From positions 1-28,138 of the forward strand of contig JAYGCN010000201.1 of NCBI GenBank assembly GCA_046583315.1: DNA of 28,138 bases. Reading direction: 5' to 3'. The stretch comes from Candidatus Hydrogenedentota bacterium. GTDB taxonomy: Bacteria; Hydrogenedentota; Hydrogenedentia; Hydrogenedentales; GCA-2746185. Both the position numbers and the translations under genes were made by a program. Below are positions 1 to 9,164 of this stretch, piece by piece. The notes under the pieces were generated by a model. That model made no database searches, was not told where the DNA came from, and saw nothing but the letters and a program-made list of their open reading frames with translations. Position 1 is the stretch's first letter. Each line of letters starts with the position of its first letter.

Positions 1-1035
1 GGCGAAAAAGATATCCTCCGTTGCCTGTCACTCGATTCAGGCCGCGAATTGTGGCGCTACACCTACGACGCGCCAAGTTCGGTAAGTTATCCAGGCTCAC
101 GCACGACACCTACCGTCACAGAAAAATACATCTACACCGTCGGCGTGATGGGCGATTTCCATTGCATCGATCGCGCCACGCACAAACCTGTCTGGCATCA
201 CAATCTGATTAAAACATTCAAGATTGGCAAAGCACCAACGTGGGGAATATCACAGGCCCCGTCCGTCTACAACGATCTCGTCATCGTCGCGCCGCAATCC
301 AAGGAGGCCACCGTCGCGGCCTTCAATCGCTTCGACGGGATACTCGTGTGGACCAGTCCAGGGATCGCCGGACTCGGCTACGTGTCTCCCACCATCGCGA
401 CCTTACACGGCGTCGATCAGGTATTGATGGTAAGCTCACCGGGACGCCGGGAACCCGGCACCGTCTCGGGACTCTCGCTCAAAGACGGCTCTATCCTCTG
501 GCGCTACGAAGAGTGGGCCTGCCGAATCCCCATCCCCTTTCCGACCGTTCTGCCGGATAATCAGATATTCGTCACCGGCGGCTACGGCGGCGGTTCCTCG
601 CTGTTTCAAGTGAAGAAGAATGGAGACAAATTCGACACAGAGAAATTATTCTCCACCATGGAATTCGGTAGCCAGATACATCAAGCCTTATATATGGAGG
701 GTTTCCTCTTTGGAAACAGCAACTCGAATGACGAAAAAGATGGCATGGAATGCCTGACACTTGACGGAACATTGAAGTGGAAAACGAAAGGAGACCGTAG
801 TCTACCCAACTTCGACTTCGGGAACCTGATCGGCGTGGACGGCTTGATCGTAAATCTTGACGGACGCCGTGGCACCCTGCATCTCATCGAACCGTCCCCC
901 GACGGCTATAAAGAACTCGCCCGCGCCCCAATATTCAAAGGCAATAAAATGTGGTCACCCATGGCCTTTTCGCAAGGCAGGCTCGTATTACGCAGCCAAA
1001 GCGAAATGAAATGCCTGGACCTACGCAATCCCTAA
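1..1035 (+). CDS. PQQ-binding-like (BamB-fold) beta-propeller repeat protein, 5'-truncated by the window edge
   Basis: The frame is open from base 1 (GEKDILRCLSLDSGRELWRY...). It has repeated Trp-docking blades (LSLKDGSILWRY, LTLDGTLKWK) and the typical C-terminus WSPMAFSQGRLVLRSQSEMKCLDL. Stop TAA at 1033-1035. Confidence 0.85.
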   Translation, partial: GEKDILRCLSLDSGRELWRYTYDAPSSVSYPGSRTTPTVTEKYIYTVGVMGDFHCIDRATHKPVWHHNLIKTFKIGKAPTWGISQAPSVYNDLVIVAPQSKEATVAAFNRFDGILVWTSPGIAGLGYVSPTIATLHGVDQVLMVSSPGRREPGTVSGLSLKDGSILWRYEEWACRIPIPFPTVLPDNQIFVTGGYGGGSSLFQVKKNGDKFDTEKLFSTMEFGSQIHQALYMEGFLFGNSNSNDEKDGMECLTLDGTLKWKTKGDRSLPNFDFGNLIGVDGLIVNLDGRRGTLHLIEPSPDGYKELARAPIFKGNKMWSPMAFSQGRLVLRSQSEMKCLDLRNP

Positions 1036-1128
1036 CTGTTCTGTTGCCGTTGAGCCGATGGGTACGCTATTCTTATCCCTGCTGAGAGTTCTCCGAGCCC
1101 GTTTCAAAACGCAGAAAGACAAACAAGC

Positions 1129-2415
1129 ATGAAGGTAATCCATATCGATCCCGGTGCGGGAGGCACGTTCTACTGCCAAAACTGCATGCGAGACTGCGCA
1201 CTGGTCCACGCGCTCCGTAAGCAAGGCCAGGACATTATCATGGTGCCCATGTACCTGCCCATTCTCATCGATTCCAACGAAATTAGCCGCGATGTTCCCG
1301 TCTTTTTCGGCGGCATCAACGTATACCTCCAACAACAGTTCAAACTTTTCCGCTGGACACCGCGCTGGCTCGACAAGCTTTTCGATCTACCCATTATGCT
1401 TCGTCAGGCCGCCGCGCGTGAAGCGACCACCGAAGCATCCGAACTCGGCCCGATCACACTCTCGATGCTTAAAGGCCCTGATGGAAACCAGAAGAAAGAA
1501 CTCGCCCGATTGATACAATGGCTCGTCGAACACGAAAAACCCGATCTCATCCATATATCAAACGCGTTGCTCCTCGGTCTCGCAGGTGAACTCAAACGTG
1601 CGGTCGGCGTGCCTATCGTATGCAGTCTGCAGGATGAACAGACCTGGCTCGTAGATATGAACGATGGCTACGGCAAACAGTGCTGGGATGTCATGGCCTC
1701 GCATGTGGAAGATGTGGATGCGTTCATCGCCGTGAGCAATTGGTACGGCAATGAAATGACCAATCGATTGTCTATTCCGCCCGAAAAAATGCACGTAGTG
1801 CCTCTCGGTATTGATCTCAACGGTCGCGACTACACACCCGTGTCCTACGATCCCCCCGTCCTCGGATATCTCTCTAAAATGACCGATTCACTGGGCCTCC
1901 ACCTGCTCGTCGACGCATTCATCGCGCTCAAGCGAAAGTCCGAATTGGCCAACCTGAAGTTGCGCGTTACCGGCGGCCAGATGGGACCGGATGTGGCCTA
2001 TGTAAACCAGCAGAAAAAGAAACTGGTGGATGCTGGTATGTTGGACGATGCCGAATTCCTCGAAGGTTTCGAACCAGAACACCGCAAAGACTTCCTGCAA
2101 ACCGTTTCCGTGTTATCCGTACCCTCCCCCCGCGGCGAGGCTTTTGGCATGTTTATCGCCGAAGCTCTGGCCGCAGGCGTACCTGTTGTGCAACCCAACA
2201 CCGGTGGCTACCCGGAAGTCGTCAACGCCACAGGAGGAGGACTCATCTATGACGTCAACGATCCCGACGGATTGGTCAACGCACTCGCCTCATTACTCCG
2301 CCACCCCGAACGCGCACGCGCCATGGGAGAAAAAGGCCGTGAAAAGGTAAATGAACTCTACGACATCGACCGGATGGCGCAAGACGTTGTTGGCGTATAC
2401 GAGACCTTAACATGA
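1129..2415 (+). CDS. Glycosyltransferase family 4 (GT-B fold)
   Basis: EX7E motif EAFGMFIAEALAAGVPVVQP..GG.PEV, 'VVPLGID', and C-terminal MGEKGREKV..Y. N-terminal PGAGGTFYCQNCMRD. Confidence 0.9.
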   Translation: MKVIHIDPGAGGTFYCQNCMRDCALVHALRKQGQDIIMVPMYLPILIDSNEISRDVPVFFGGINVYLQQQFKLFRWTPRWLDKLFDLPIMLRQAAAREATTEASELGPITLSMLKGPDGNQKKELARLIQWLVEHEKPDLIHISNALLLGLAGELKRAVGVPIVCSLQDEQTWLVDMNDGYGKQCWDVMASHVEDVDAFIAVSNWYGNEMTNRLSIPPEKMHVVPLGIDLNGRDYTPVSYDPPVLGYLSKMTDSLGLHLLVDAFIALKRKSELANLKLRVTGGQMGPDVAYVNQQKKKLVDAGMLDDAEFLEGFEPEHRKDFLQTVSVLSVPSPRGEAFGMFIAEALAAGVPVVQPNTGGYPEVVNATGGGLIYDVNDPDGLVNALASLLRHPERARAMGEKGREKVNELYDIDRMAQDVVGVYETLT

Positions 2416-3713
2416 GTGACCCGCCGAAACGATCCATACCCGGGCCCGTAATCGCCGTAGGACTCATCGCCTCCGTTTGGCTAGGCTCACAGATCTGGCC
2501 CCTGTTTTCAGGAGACAAAGAAAAAGTCGAGTCATCCTTGCCAGATGCTTCGACTTCCGGGCGAACCATCACCGAAATGCAAACCGAAATCGTCGTGTCA
2601 GACGCATCCTATCAGCCCGAAGGCGGATCATGGTCCACCTATCACGGAGGCCCAGCTCTTACCGGAGTCGTGGACACAAATCTTCCCGACGAACCCGAAC
2701 TTCTATGGCGATTCCAGGCAGATGCGTCCGTCTACTACGCGCCCGTCTCCACTGACGATGGGATTTTCTTCAACACATCCAAAGGCGGGGTATTCGCACT
2801 CGATTTTTCGGGTAACGAACTCTGGTCCGACCATTATTTCCAGGAACCCTACCACGATGGTCGACCCCGCGTCGAACGATTCGACGCTCCAATCTCTGCC
2901 TTCGAATCAACCGTCCTGATGGGTGCTATGCGGGGACTCGTTTACGCCCTCGATGCCGCAACGGGCGAACAGAAATGGATTTACGACATCGGCGGACCGG
3001 TTCTCGGAACAGCCAACTTCCACGACCCCACTGATGCTCCTGGCGACGAACGCATATTCATCATCGAACAGGGCGAAGGTGTCCTCCACAGCATCGCTCT
3101 CGCCACTGGAGAAGGCGTATGGAAAACGCCGGGAGTCGAACGCTGTGACGGTTCGCCATCGATAAAAGGAAACGCCATCATCTATGGAAGCTGCGCCGCG
3201 GCGTTACACGTCTTCTCCGCGAAGGACGGAAGCCTCGTCAAAGACATCCTCTTCGATGAAGACTCTCAAGTCGCAGGCGGCGCGGCTATCGTGGGAGACT
3301 CGGCATACGTCGGCACCCACAGCGGACGTCTCTTTCATGCAAGTCTGAATGCAGGTGAAGTTATCTGGGTCAACGAAGACAGCCTGGACGAGATATTCGA
3401 GACCCCCGCGGTCAATCGTGACTATGTCGTGTTCAGTTCCTACGACGGAAGCGTATACGCTCTCAACCGCGACACCGGAAAACTCATCTGGTCCTTCGAA
3501 ACAGACGGTACACCCACCTCCCCCGTCATCGCCGGCGACAAAGTTGTGATTACCACTGACGGCATCCTCGTGCTCTTGCGACTCGCCACGGGAGAAGAAA
3601 TTTGGTCCATCGAAATCAGTGACGAAACCTCATCACCCGCAATCATAAATGGCATGATCGTCGTCGGAAGCGATGACGGCACGGTCTCCGCCTATGGAAA
3701 TCCGATACCCTAA
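2412..3713 (+). CDS. Membrane-anchored PQQ-like beta-propeller repeat protein
   Basis: N-terminal hydrophobic helix, WSTYHGGPALTG start motif, and repeated ALDAATGEQKW / ALNRDTGKLIWSF blades. ATGA overlap with the glycosyltransferase stop. Confidence 0.88.
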   Translation: MSDPPKRSIPGPVIAVGLIASVWLGSQIWPLFSGDKEKVESSLPDASTSGRTITEMQTEIVVSDASYQPEGGSWSTYHGGPALTGVVDTNLPDEPELLWRFQADASVYYAPVSTDDGIFFNTSKGGVFALDFSGNELWSDHYFQEPYHDGRPRVERFDAPISAFESTVLMGAMRGLVYALDAATGEQKWIYDIGGPVLGTANFHDPTDAPGDERIFIIEQGEGVLHSIALATGEGVWKTPGVERCDGSPSIKGNAIIYGSCAAALHVFSAKDGSLVKDILFDEDSQVAGGAAIVGDSAYVGTHSGRLFHASLNAGEVIWVNEDSLDEIFETPAVNRDYVVFSSYDGSVYALNRDTGKLIWSFETDGTPTSPVIAGDKVVITTDGILVLLRLATGEEIWSIEISDETSSPAIINGMIVVGSDDGTVSAYGNPIP

Positions 3714-3727
3714 AAAAGGACCCTCGA

Positions 3728-4414
3728 ATGACGGATTCAACGACATTGTTCACGGTAAACGATGTATCAAAAGCCTATTCCGATACGCCGGTGCTTCAAC
3801 AAGTCACAATGACTGTTAACGCCGGAGACTCAATCGCAATCATGGGGCCATCAGGTTGCGGGAAAAGCACGTTGCTCAACCTCATCGGTACCCTCGACCA
3901 GCCAGACTCAGGAACCATCGAGTTTGACGGCCACAACCTCGCCAACCTGAACGAGTCGGAAGTCGCACATTTCCGTAACAATTCAATCGGATTCATCTTT
4001 CAATCCCACCACCTTCTCCCTCAATGTACGGTAATTGAAAATATTCTCCTGCCTACACTCGTTACAGGAATCACGTCCCAGTCACGCGAACGCGCCGAAA
4101 AACTACTCGATCGAGTGGGACTTGCCGACCGATCAGACGAACTTCCCGGTAAACTGTCCGGAGGCGAACGCCAACGCATCGCCGTAGTGCGCGCATTAAT
4201 CAATCAACCGCAACTCCTCTTGGCCGATGAACCGACCGGATCGCTCAGCCGATCCGGAGCGGATTCCCTGACTTCGCTAATCCTCGAACTCAATGAAGAA
4301 GAAAATATGGCGCTAATTGTGGTCACGCATTCGCTAACCGTGGCCAACCGGATGGATCGCGTCTACCAACTCGACGAAGGCGTGCTCGCCGACTACACCG
4401 GGGGCGAAGTCTGA
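3728..4414 (+). CDS. ABC transporter ATP-binding protein, LolD/MacB-type
   Basis: Walker A GPSGCGKST, IGFIFQSHHLLP, signature LSGGERQR, Walker B LLLADEPTG, H-loop VVTH. RBS AAAGGA upstream. Confidence 0.95.
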   Translation: MTDSTTLFTVNDVSKAYSDTPVLQQVTMTVNAGDSIAIMGPSGCGKSTLLNLIGTLDQPDSGTIEFDGHNLANLNESEVAHFRNNSIGFIFQSHHLLPQCTVIENILLPTLVTGITSQSRERAEKLLDRVGLADRSDELPGKLSGGERQRIAVVRALINQPQLLLADEPTGSLSRSGADSLTSLILELNEEENMALIVVTHSLTVANRMDRVYQLDEGVLADYTGGEV

Positions 4415-7400
4415 TGCTTCCACTCATCTCCCGCAGCCTTCGGTATTACTGGCGCACCCACCTTGGTGTGCTAGCCGGAACCATGCTGGCATCAGCCGTC
4501 CTCACGGGTGCCTTGCTCGTCGGTGATTCTGTCGATCATTCCCTGCGCACCTTCGCCATGATGCGTCTGGGCAAAATTGAACACGTCACCGCCACGCGTA
4601 CACAATTTTTCAATCAGAATCTCGCAACCGCTGTCGACGATGCACTGGATGCCAAAGTAACCAGCTTGCTCTATTTGCGCGGCATGGCCATTTATCAAGG
4701 CACCTCGCGCGACGACCGTGTACAAGTCAATCAAGTCGAAGTAATCGGCGTGGACGACAACTTCTGGGCCTTCGCCGATGACCTAAAACTCCAACTCGGC
4801 CAAAACGAAACCGCCATCAACGAAAAACTGGCCTTCGCACTAAATGTTCAGGCCGGCGACGAAATCTCCATCCGCGTGGCAAAGCCCTCCCTGATGTCCC
4901 GCGATGCACCGCTCTCCTGGAGCAGCGATGAACACTCGAAACGCCGCCGCTATACCATCAAAAAAGTCGTTTCCGACAACGAACTCGGCCGGTTCAGCCT
5001 CTCCCCCAGTCAAATCAGCCCCTACAACGCCTTCGTCAATCGTAGCTGGCTACAAGAACAAGTCGAACAGGAAGAACGCGTCAATATGATGCTGGTCGGT
5101 TCGGGCGCAACCACCTCTGAAATCGAAAAGGCCACCAAAGCAGTCTGGCTCCCCGAACATCTCGGCATCAGCGTTCGCGCCCACGAAGGCAATATCATAC
5201 AGCTCGAATCCGATCGAATTTATCTCGGCGAAGAAACGACCCGCGCGGCGCTCACGATTCCAAACGCCCAACCCACACTCACCTATCTCGTGAATTCAAT
5301 TACGCGCCAAACACTGTCCACCCCATATTCCTTCGTCATTGGCGGACCCGCCCCGGACGCAATGGCTGACGATGAAGCAGTCATCAGTCGATGGCTGGCC
5401 AATGAACTCGATGCAGCAGTAGGTGACTCAGTAGAGCTCGATTACGCCGAATTGTTGCCCAACGGAGATTTCATCAACAAGCAGCGCACATTTACCGTAC
5501 ACACCATTCGCGAAATGACTGACCTGCAATTGGAACGCGATCTGATGCCGACCTTTCCCGGCCTCAGCGATGTCGAGAGCTGCGCGGACTGGGATGTCGG
5601 CATGCCGCTCGACGAAGAAGTCCTCAACGACGAAGCAAACGAAGCATACTGGGACGAATTCGGCCAGACACCCAAAGCCATCATTACCCTCGCCGCCGCG
5701 CAGGACATGTGGTCCAACCGATTCGGCAATATGACCTCCTTCCGGTATCCGGGCGACGAAACCAAGGTTGCCGACATCAAAGAGGCACTCGTCGACGAGA
5801 TGGATCCCGTTGCCGCAGGATTCGCCGTGAATCCCGCGCTCGCGTTGGCACTGCAAGCCGTCTCCGAAGCGATGGATTTCGGTGGACTCTTTCTCGGCAT
5901 GAGTTTCTTCCTCATCGTCGCCGAACTCATGCTCACCGGATTACTCTTCGCCTTTGGCGTACAACAACGCGCGCCAGAGATGGGCGTATTACTGGCCATG
6001 GGATTCAAACAGCGCACCGTTCGACGCCTGTGGCTGGGCGAAGGCTTCGTGATCGCGCTCTTCGGTGCACTGCTGGGTGCCGGCCTCGGCGCCATCTATA
6101 CCCGCGCACTGATCTTCGGACTCAGCACCTATTGGCAGGGCGCTGTCGCCAACGCCGCCATCCAATACCACGGCACAACCCAAACCATGATACTCGGCAC
6201 CGTCATCAGCCTTATCTGCGCCCTATCCGCCATGGCCCTCACTATGCGCCGACAATTCCGTCACCCCGCCCGCGAACTACTCACGCTCGATTTCACGCAG
6301 GATCAAGAAACGGACGAGAATCGAAAAACGGGCAGACTCGGATTCCTGCTTCCCGTATCAGGAATTCTCCTCTCCATACTGATCATCATCGGTGCGCAGG
6401 TGATGGGCGTTGTCGAACTCGTGATTCCCTTCTTCGCAGCCGGTTCACTTCTGTTGCTGTCCGGGCTGGGAATTTTCCACCACCTGATGCTCACAGCCGA
6501 TGCCCGTACTTCTTCAGATGACTTTACGCCGCAAAAACTGGCGCTGCAAAATATTGCACGCCGACGCGGACGCAGCCTCACCGTCGTGGCGCTCCTGGCC
6601 TGCGGATGTTTCATGGTCTTTGCTGTCGCCGCCATGCAAGAAGACCTGCACGCCACGGCCCACCATCGCGCTTCAGGTACCGGCGGATACGCGTTGCTGG
6701 CAGAATCCACGTTCCCCATTCTCGACGACCCCTTCGAAATCCTCGACTCGACGGAGGTCTCTGGAACCGCGATGAAAGTTCGCGACGGCGATGACGCAAG
6801 CTGCCTGAATTTGAATCATGCGCAAACACCGAAGATATTGGGCGTAAACGTGGATGACTTCATTGGCTCAGGCGCATTCGCCAAAGAAGCAGATGCCGAA
6901 GCCCTCTGGAATTTGCTAAACCTATCTCCGATTGACGGAACCATTCCCGCGCTGGTCGGAGATTCGAACACCGCCATGTGGACGCTCAAGAAAAAGACCG
7001 GAGTCGACAAGGGCGACGTACTCATCTACCAGGACGAATCCGGCGACGAAGCAAACATCAAACTCGTCGGTGCCTTACCCCTACGCCTCTCCGTATTTCA
7101 GGGAACCATTCTCATCTCTATGGAAAATTTTACCCGCCTGTTTCCCGGTGAGGCCGGACACCGTCTGTTTCTAATCGACGTTCCCCACGACGAACAAGAA
7201 CAAGTCTCCACAGAACTCAACCGCGAATTCGACCGTTTCGGAATCAACGTCATGCCCGCCGTCGACCGACTGCTCGAATTCTACTCCGTCGAGACCACCT
7301 ACCTCGCCATGTTTCTCGTACTCGGGGGACTCGGCCTCGCGGTCGGCAGCGTCGGGATGGGTGTCGTCGTGTTGCGCAACCTGCTCGAACGCCGACGCGA

Positions 7401-7677
7401 AATCGCCATGTTGCGCGCGCTCGGTTTTACCCACCAAGCCATCTTTCGCATGCTGCTCACCGAATACAGCGTCCTGCTCATATCCGGCCTTCTCATCGGC
7501 ATCATCAGTGCTGCCGTTTCCACCATTCCAGCCCTGTTCGCGACCGACTCCAACATCGATTTGGCCATACAGGCCCGTCTGATCGTCGCCATTCTGCTCA
7601 TCTCAATGACCTGCCTGCTCGCCGCCATCCATATCGGACTGCGCTCAGCCGATATTTCCGCGCTGCGAAGCGAATAA
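4414..7677 (+). CDS. Large ABC permease with two FtsX/MacB-type halves (1087 aa)
   Basis: N-terminal TM, a large extracytoplasmic domain, TM bundles with QQRAPEMGVLLAMGF and ERRREIAMLRALGF motifs, and a second extracytoplasmic domain. TGATG overlap with the ATPase. Confidence 0.9.
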   Translation: MLPLISRSLRYYWRTHLGVLAGTMLASAVLTGALLVGDSVDHSLRTFAMMRLGKIEHVTATRTQFFNQNLATAVDDALDAKVTSLLYLRGMAIYQGTSRDDRVQVNQVEVIGVDDNFWAFADDLKLQLGQNETAINEKLAFALNVQAGDEISIRVAKPSLMSRDAPLSWSSDEHSKRRRYTIKKVVSDNELGRFSLSPSQISPYNAFVNRSWLQEQVEQEERVNMMLVGSGATTSEIEKATKAVWLPEHLGISVRAHEGNIIQLESDRIYLGEETTRAALTIPNAQPTLTYLVNSITRQTLSTPYSFVIGGPAPDAMADDEAVISRWLANELDAAVGDSVELDYAELLPNGDFINKQRTFTVHTIREMTDLQLERDLMPTFPGLSDVESCADWDVGMPLDEEVLNDEANEAYWDEFGQTPKAIITLAAAQDMWSNRFGNMTSFRYPGDETKVADIKEALVDEMDPVAAGFAVNPALALALQAVSEAMDFGGLFLGMSFFLIVAELMLTGLLFAFGVQQRAPEMGVLLAMGFKQRTVRRLWLGEGFVIALFGALLGAGLGAIYTRALIFGLSTYWQGAVANAAIQYHGTTQTMILGTVISLICALSAMALTMRRQFRHPARELLTLDFTQDQETDENRKTGRLGFLLPVSGILLSILIIIGAQVMGVVELVIPFFAAGSLLLLSGLGIFHHLMLTADARTSSDDFTPQKLALQNIARRRGRSLTVVALLACGCFMVFAVAAMQEDLHATAHHRASGTGGYALLAESTFPILDDPFEILDSTEVSGTAMKVRDGDDASCLNLNHAQTPKILGVNVDDFIGSGAFAKEADAEALWNLLNLSPIDGTIPALVGDSNTAMWTLKKKTGVDKGDVLIYQDESGDEANIKLVGALPLRLSVFQGTILISMENFTRLFPGEAGHRLFLIDVPHDEQEQVSTELNREFDRFGINVMPAVDRLLEFYSVETTYLAMFLVLGGLGLAVGSVGMGVVVLRNLLERRREIAMLRALGFTHQAIFRMLLTEYSVLLISGLLIGIISAAVSTIPALFATDSNIDLAIQARLIVAILLISMTCLLAAIHIGLRSADISALRSE

Positions 7678-7702
7678 CTACCCTCCCTACAGGGGAAGCT
7701 CT

Positions 7703-7732
7703 TTGCAGACAATAGCGTAATAGTGCTATAAA
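7703..7732 (+). promoter_or_regulatory. Candidate sigma70 promoter for the downstream beta-propeller genes
   Basis: TTGCAG (7703-7708), 18 nt spacer, TATAAA (7727-7732) preceded by TG-n (extended -10), in an AT-rich intergenic gap. Confidence 0.4.
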
Positions 7733-7764
7733 TGACTGATCTCAATCCGAGAAAGGGCCGAAAC

Positions 7765-9114
7765 ATGCGTATTCCATCACTTGTATTGCTCCTGAGCACA
7801 ATTCTGGCTACTGGCTTCGTTCATGCCGAATCAGCCGACGACAACTGGCCTACCTGGCGCGGGCCAACCTCCAACGGTATCGCGCTCAAGGGAAATCCAC
7901 CGACCAACTGGAGTGAATCCGAAAACATCAAATGGAAAATCGAACTTCCCGGCACCGGCAGCTCCACCCCGGTCGTCTGGGGCGACAAAATGTTCATTCA
8001 AGTCGCAATCCCCACAGCGGAACCCAAAGCCACTCCCGCACCTGAACCAGTAGCCGCTCCTCAAGAAGGTGGACGCCGTCGTCGAGGAGGCCCACCCAGA
8101 TCTCCGAAGCCCGATTACCCCTACAAATTCGATCTTGTATGCCTGGACCGAAATACCGGTGAAATCCTCTGGCAAAGCACAGCCGTCGAAGCGATCCCCC
8201 ATGAAGGCCATCACGCCACTGGGAATTATGCGTCCTACTCACCCGTTACCGACGGCGAACACGTCTGGGCCAGCTTCGGATCGCGTGGCCTCTACTGTTA
8301 CGACCTCGACGGCAATCAAATCTGGAGTGCCGATCTGCCTCAGATGACCAAGCGCATGACCTTCGGCGAAGGCAGCTCGCCAGCTTTGGCCGGGGATGCC
8401 GTCGTCGTGTTACTCGATCACGAAGGTGATTCAAAAATCATGGCCTTCGACAAGAACAACGGCAGTCCCCTATGGGAAACGGAACGTCAGGAGCGCACTT
8501 CGTGGACTACGCCGGTCTCTGTTCAAGTGGGCGATACGCTTCAAATCATCACGTGCGCCACCAACAAAATTCGCAGTTACGACGCAAAAACAGGCGATCT
8601 CATTTGGGAATGCAAAGGTCAGACGCTCAATACCATTCCCTCACCACTTATCGGCTTCGGAAATGTCTATTGCACCAGTGGATTCCGCGGTCACGCCCTG
8701 CAAGCCATCAAACTCGGGGCAACAGGCGATCTTACGGACTCGGATTCAGTCGTATGGGAGGTCGATCACGGCACCCCCTACGTGGCCTCCCCGATTCTTT
8801 ACGATGATCGAATCTATCTGTTAGCCGATCTTAAGGCCATTCTCTCCTGTTACGATGCGAAAACAGGCCAACCCATTTTCGAAGGCCAACGCCTGCCCGG
8901 TCTGAAACAAATTTACGCATCCCCCGTCGGTGCCGGCGGGCACGTATACATCCCCGACCGTAGCGGCACCACAATGGTCATCAAGCAATCCGATACTTTC
9001 GAAACGGTAGCTACGAATACGCTGGACGACGGATTCGATGCCTCCCCGGTCGTCATCGGCGATGAATTGTACTTGAAAGGCAATAAATACCTATACTGTA
9101 TTGCTCAATCGTAA
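7765..9114 (+). CDS. Secreted PQQ-like beta-propeller repeat protein
   Basis: Start ATG 7765 (AAAGGG upstream) is preferred over 7732 because it gives the signal peptide MRIPSLVLLLSTILATGFVHA. Motifs WPTWRGP..G, WSESENIKWK, SSTPVVWGD, ASPV..GDELYLKG..YLYCI. Confidence 0.9.
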   Translation: MRIPSLVLLLSTILATGFVHAESADDNWPTWRGPTSNGIALKGNPPTNWSESENIKWKIELPGTGSSTPVVWGDKMFIQVAIPTAEPKATPAPEPVAAPQEGGRRRRGGPPRSPKPDYPYKFDLVCLDRNTGEILWQSTAVEAIPHEGHHATGNYASYSPVTDGEHVWASFGSRGLYCYDLDGNQIWSADLPQMTKRMTFGEGSSPALAGDAVVVLLDHEGDSKIMAFDKNNGSPLWETERQERTSWTTPVSVQVGDTLQIITCATNKIRSYDAKTGDLIWECKGQTLNTIPSPLIGFGNVYCTSGFRGHALQAIKLGATGDLTDSDSVVWEVDHGTPYVASPILYDDRIYLLADLKAILSCYDAKTGQPIFEGQRLPGLKQIYASPVGAGGHVYIPDRSGTTMVIKQSDTFETVATNTLDDGFDASPVVIGDELYLKGNKYLYCIAQS

Positions 9115-9164
9115 GATTGAGGAAAGCCCGACCGTTCTAGTGTTAAATAATAAGGAGTGTCACC

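Noticed and set aside
5709..6521. 270-aa Arg/His-rich alternative-frame ORF
   Set aside because: It is an off-frame by-product of codon bias within the permease gene.
3728..7677. Calling the ABC genes lolD/lolCE or macB
   Set aside because: The permease is far larger than LolC/E, has two fused halves and has no fused ATPase. Orthology cannot be shown from motifs alone.
7681..7696. Terminator after the permease (CCCT-AC-AGGG)
   Set aside because: The stem is too short, with a 2-nt loop and no U-tract.
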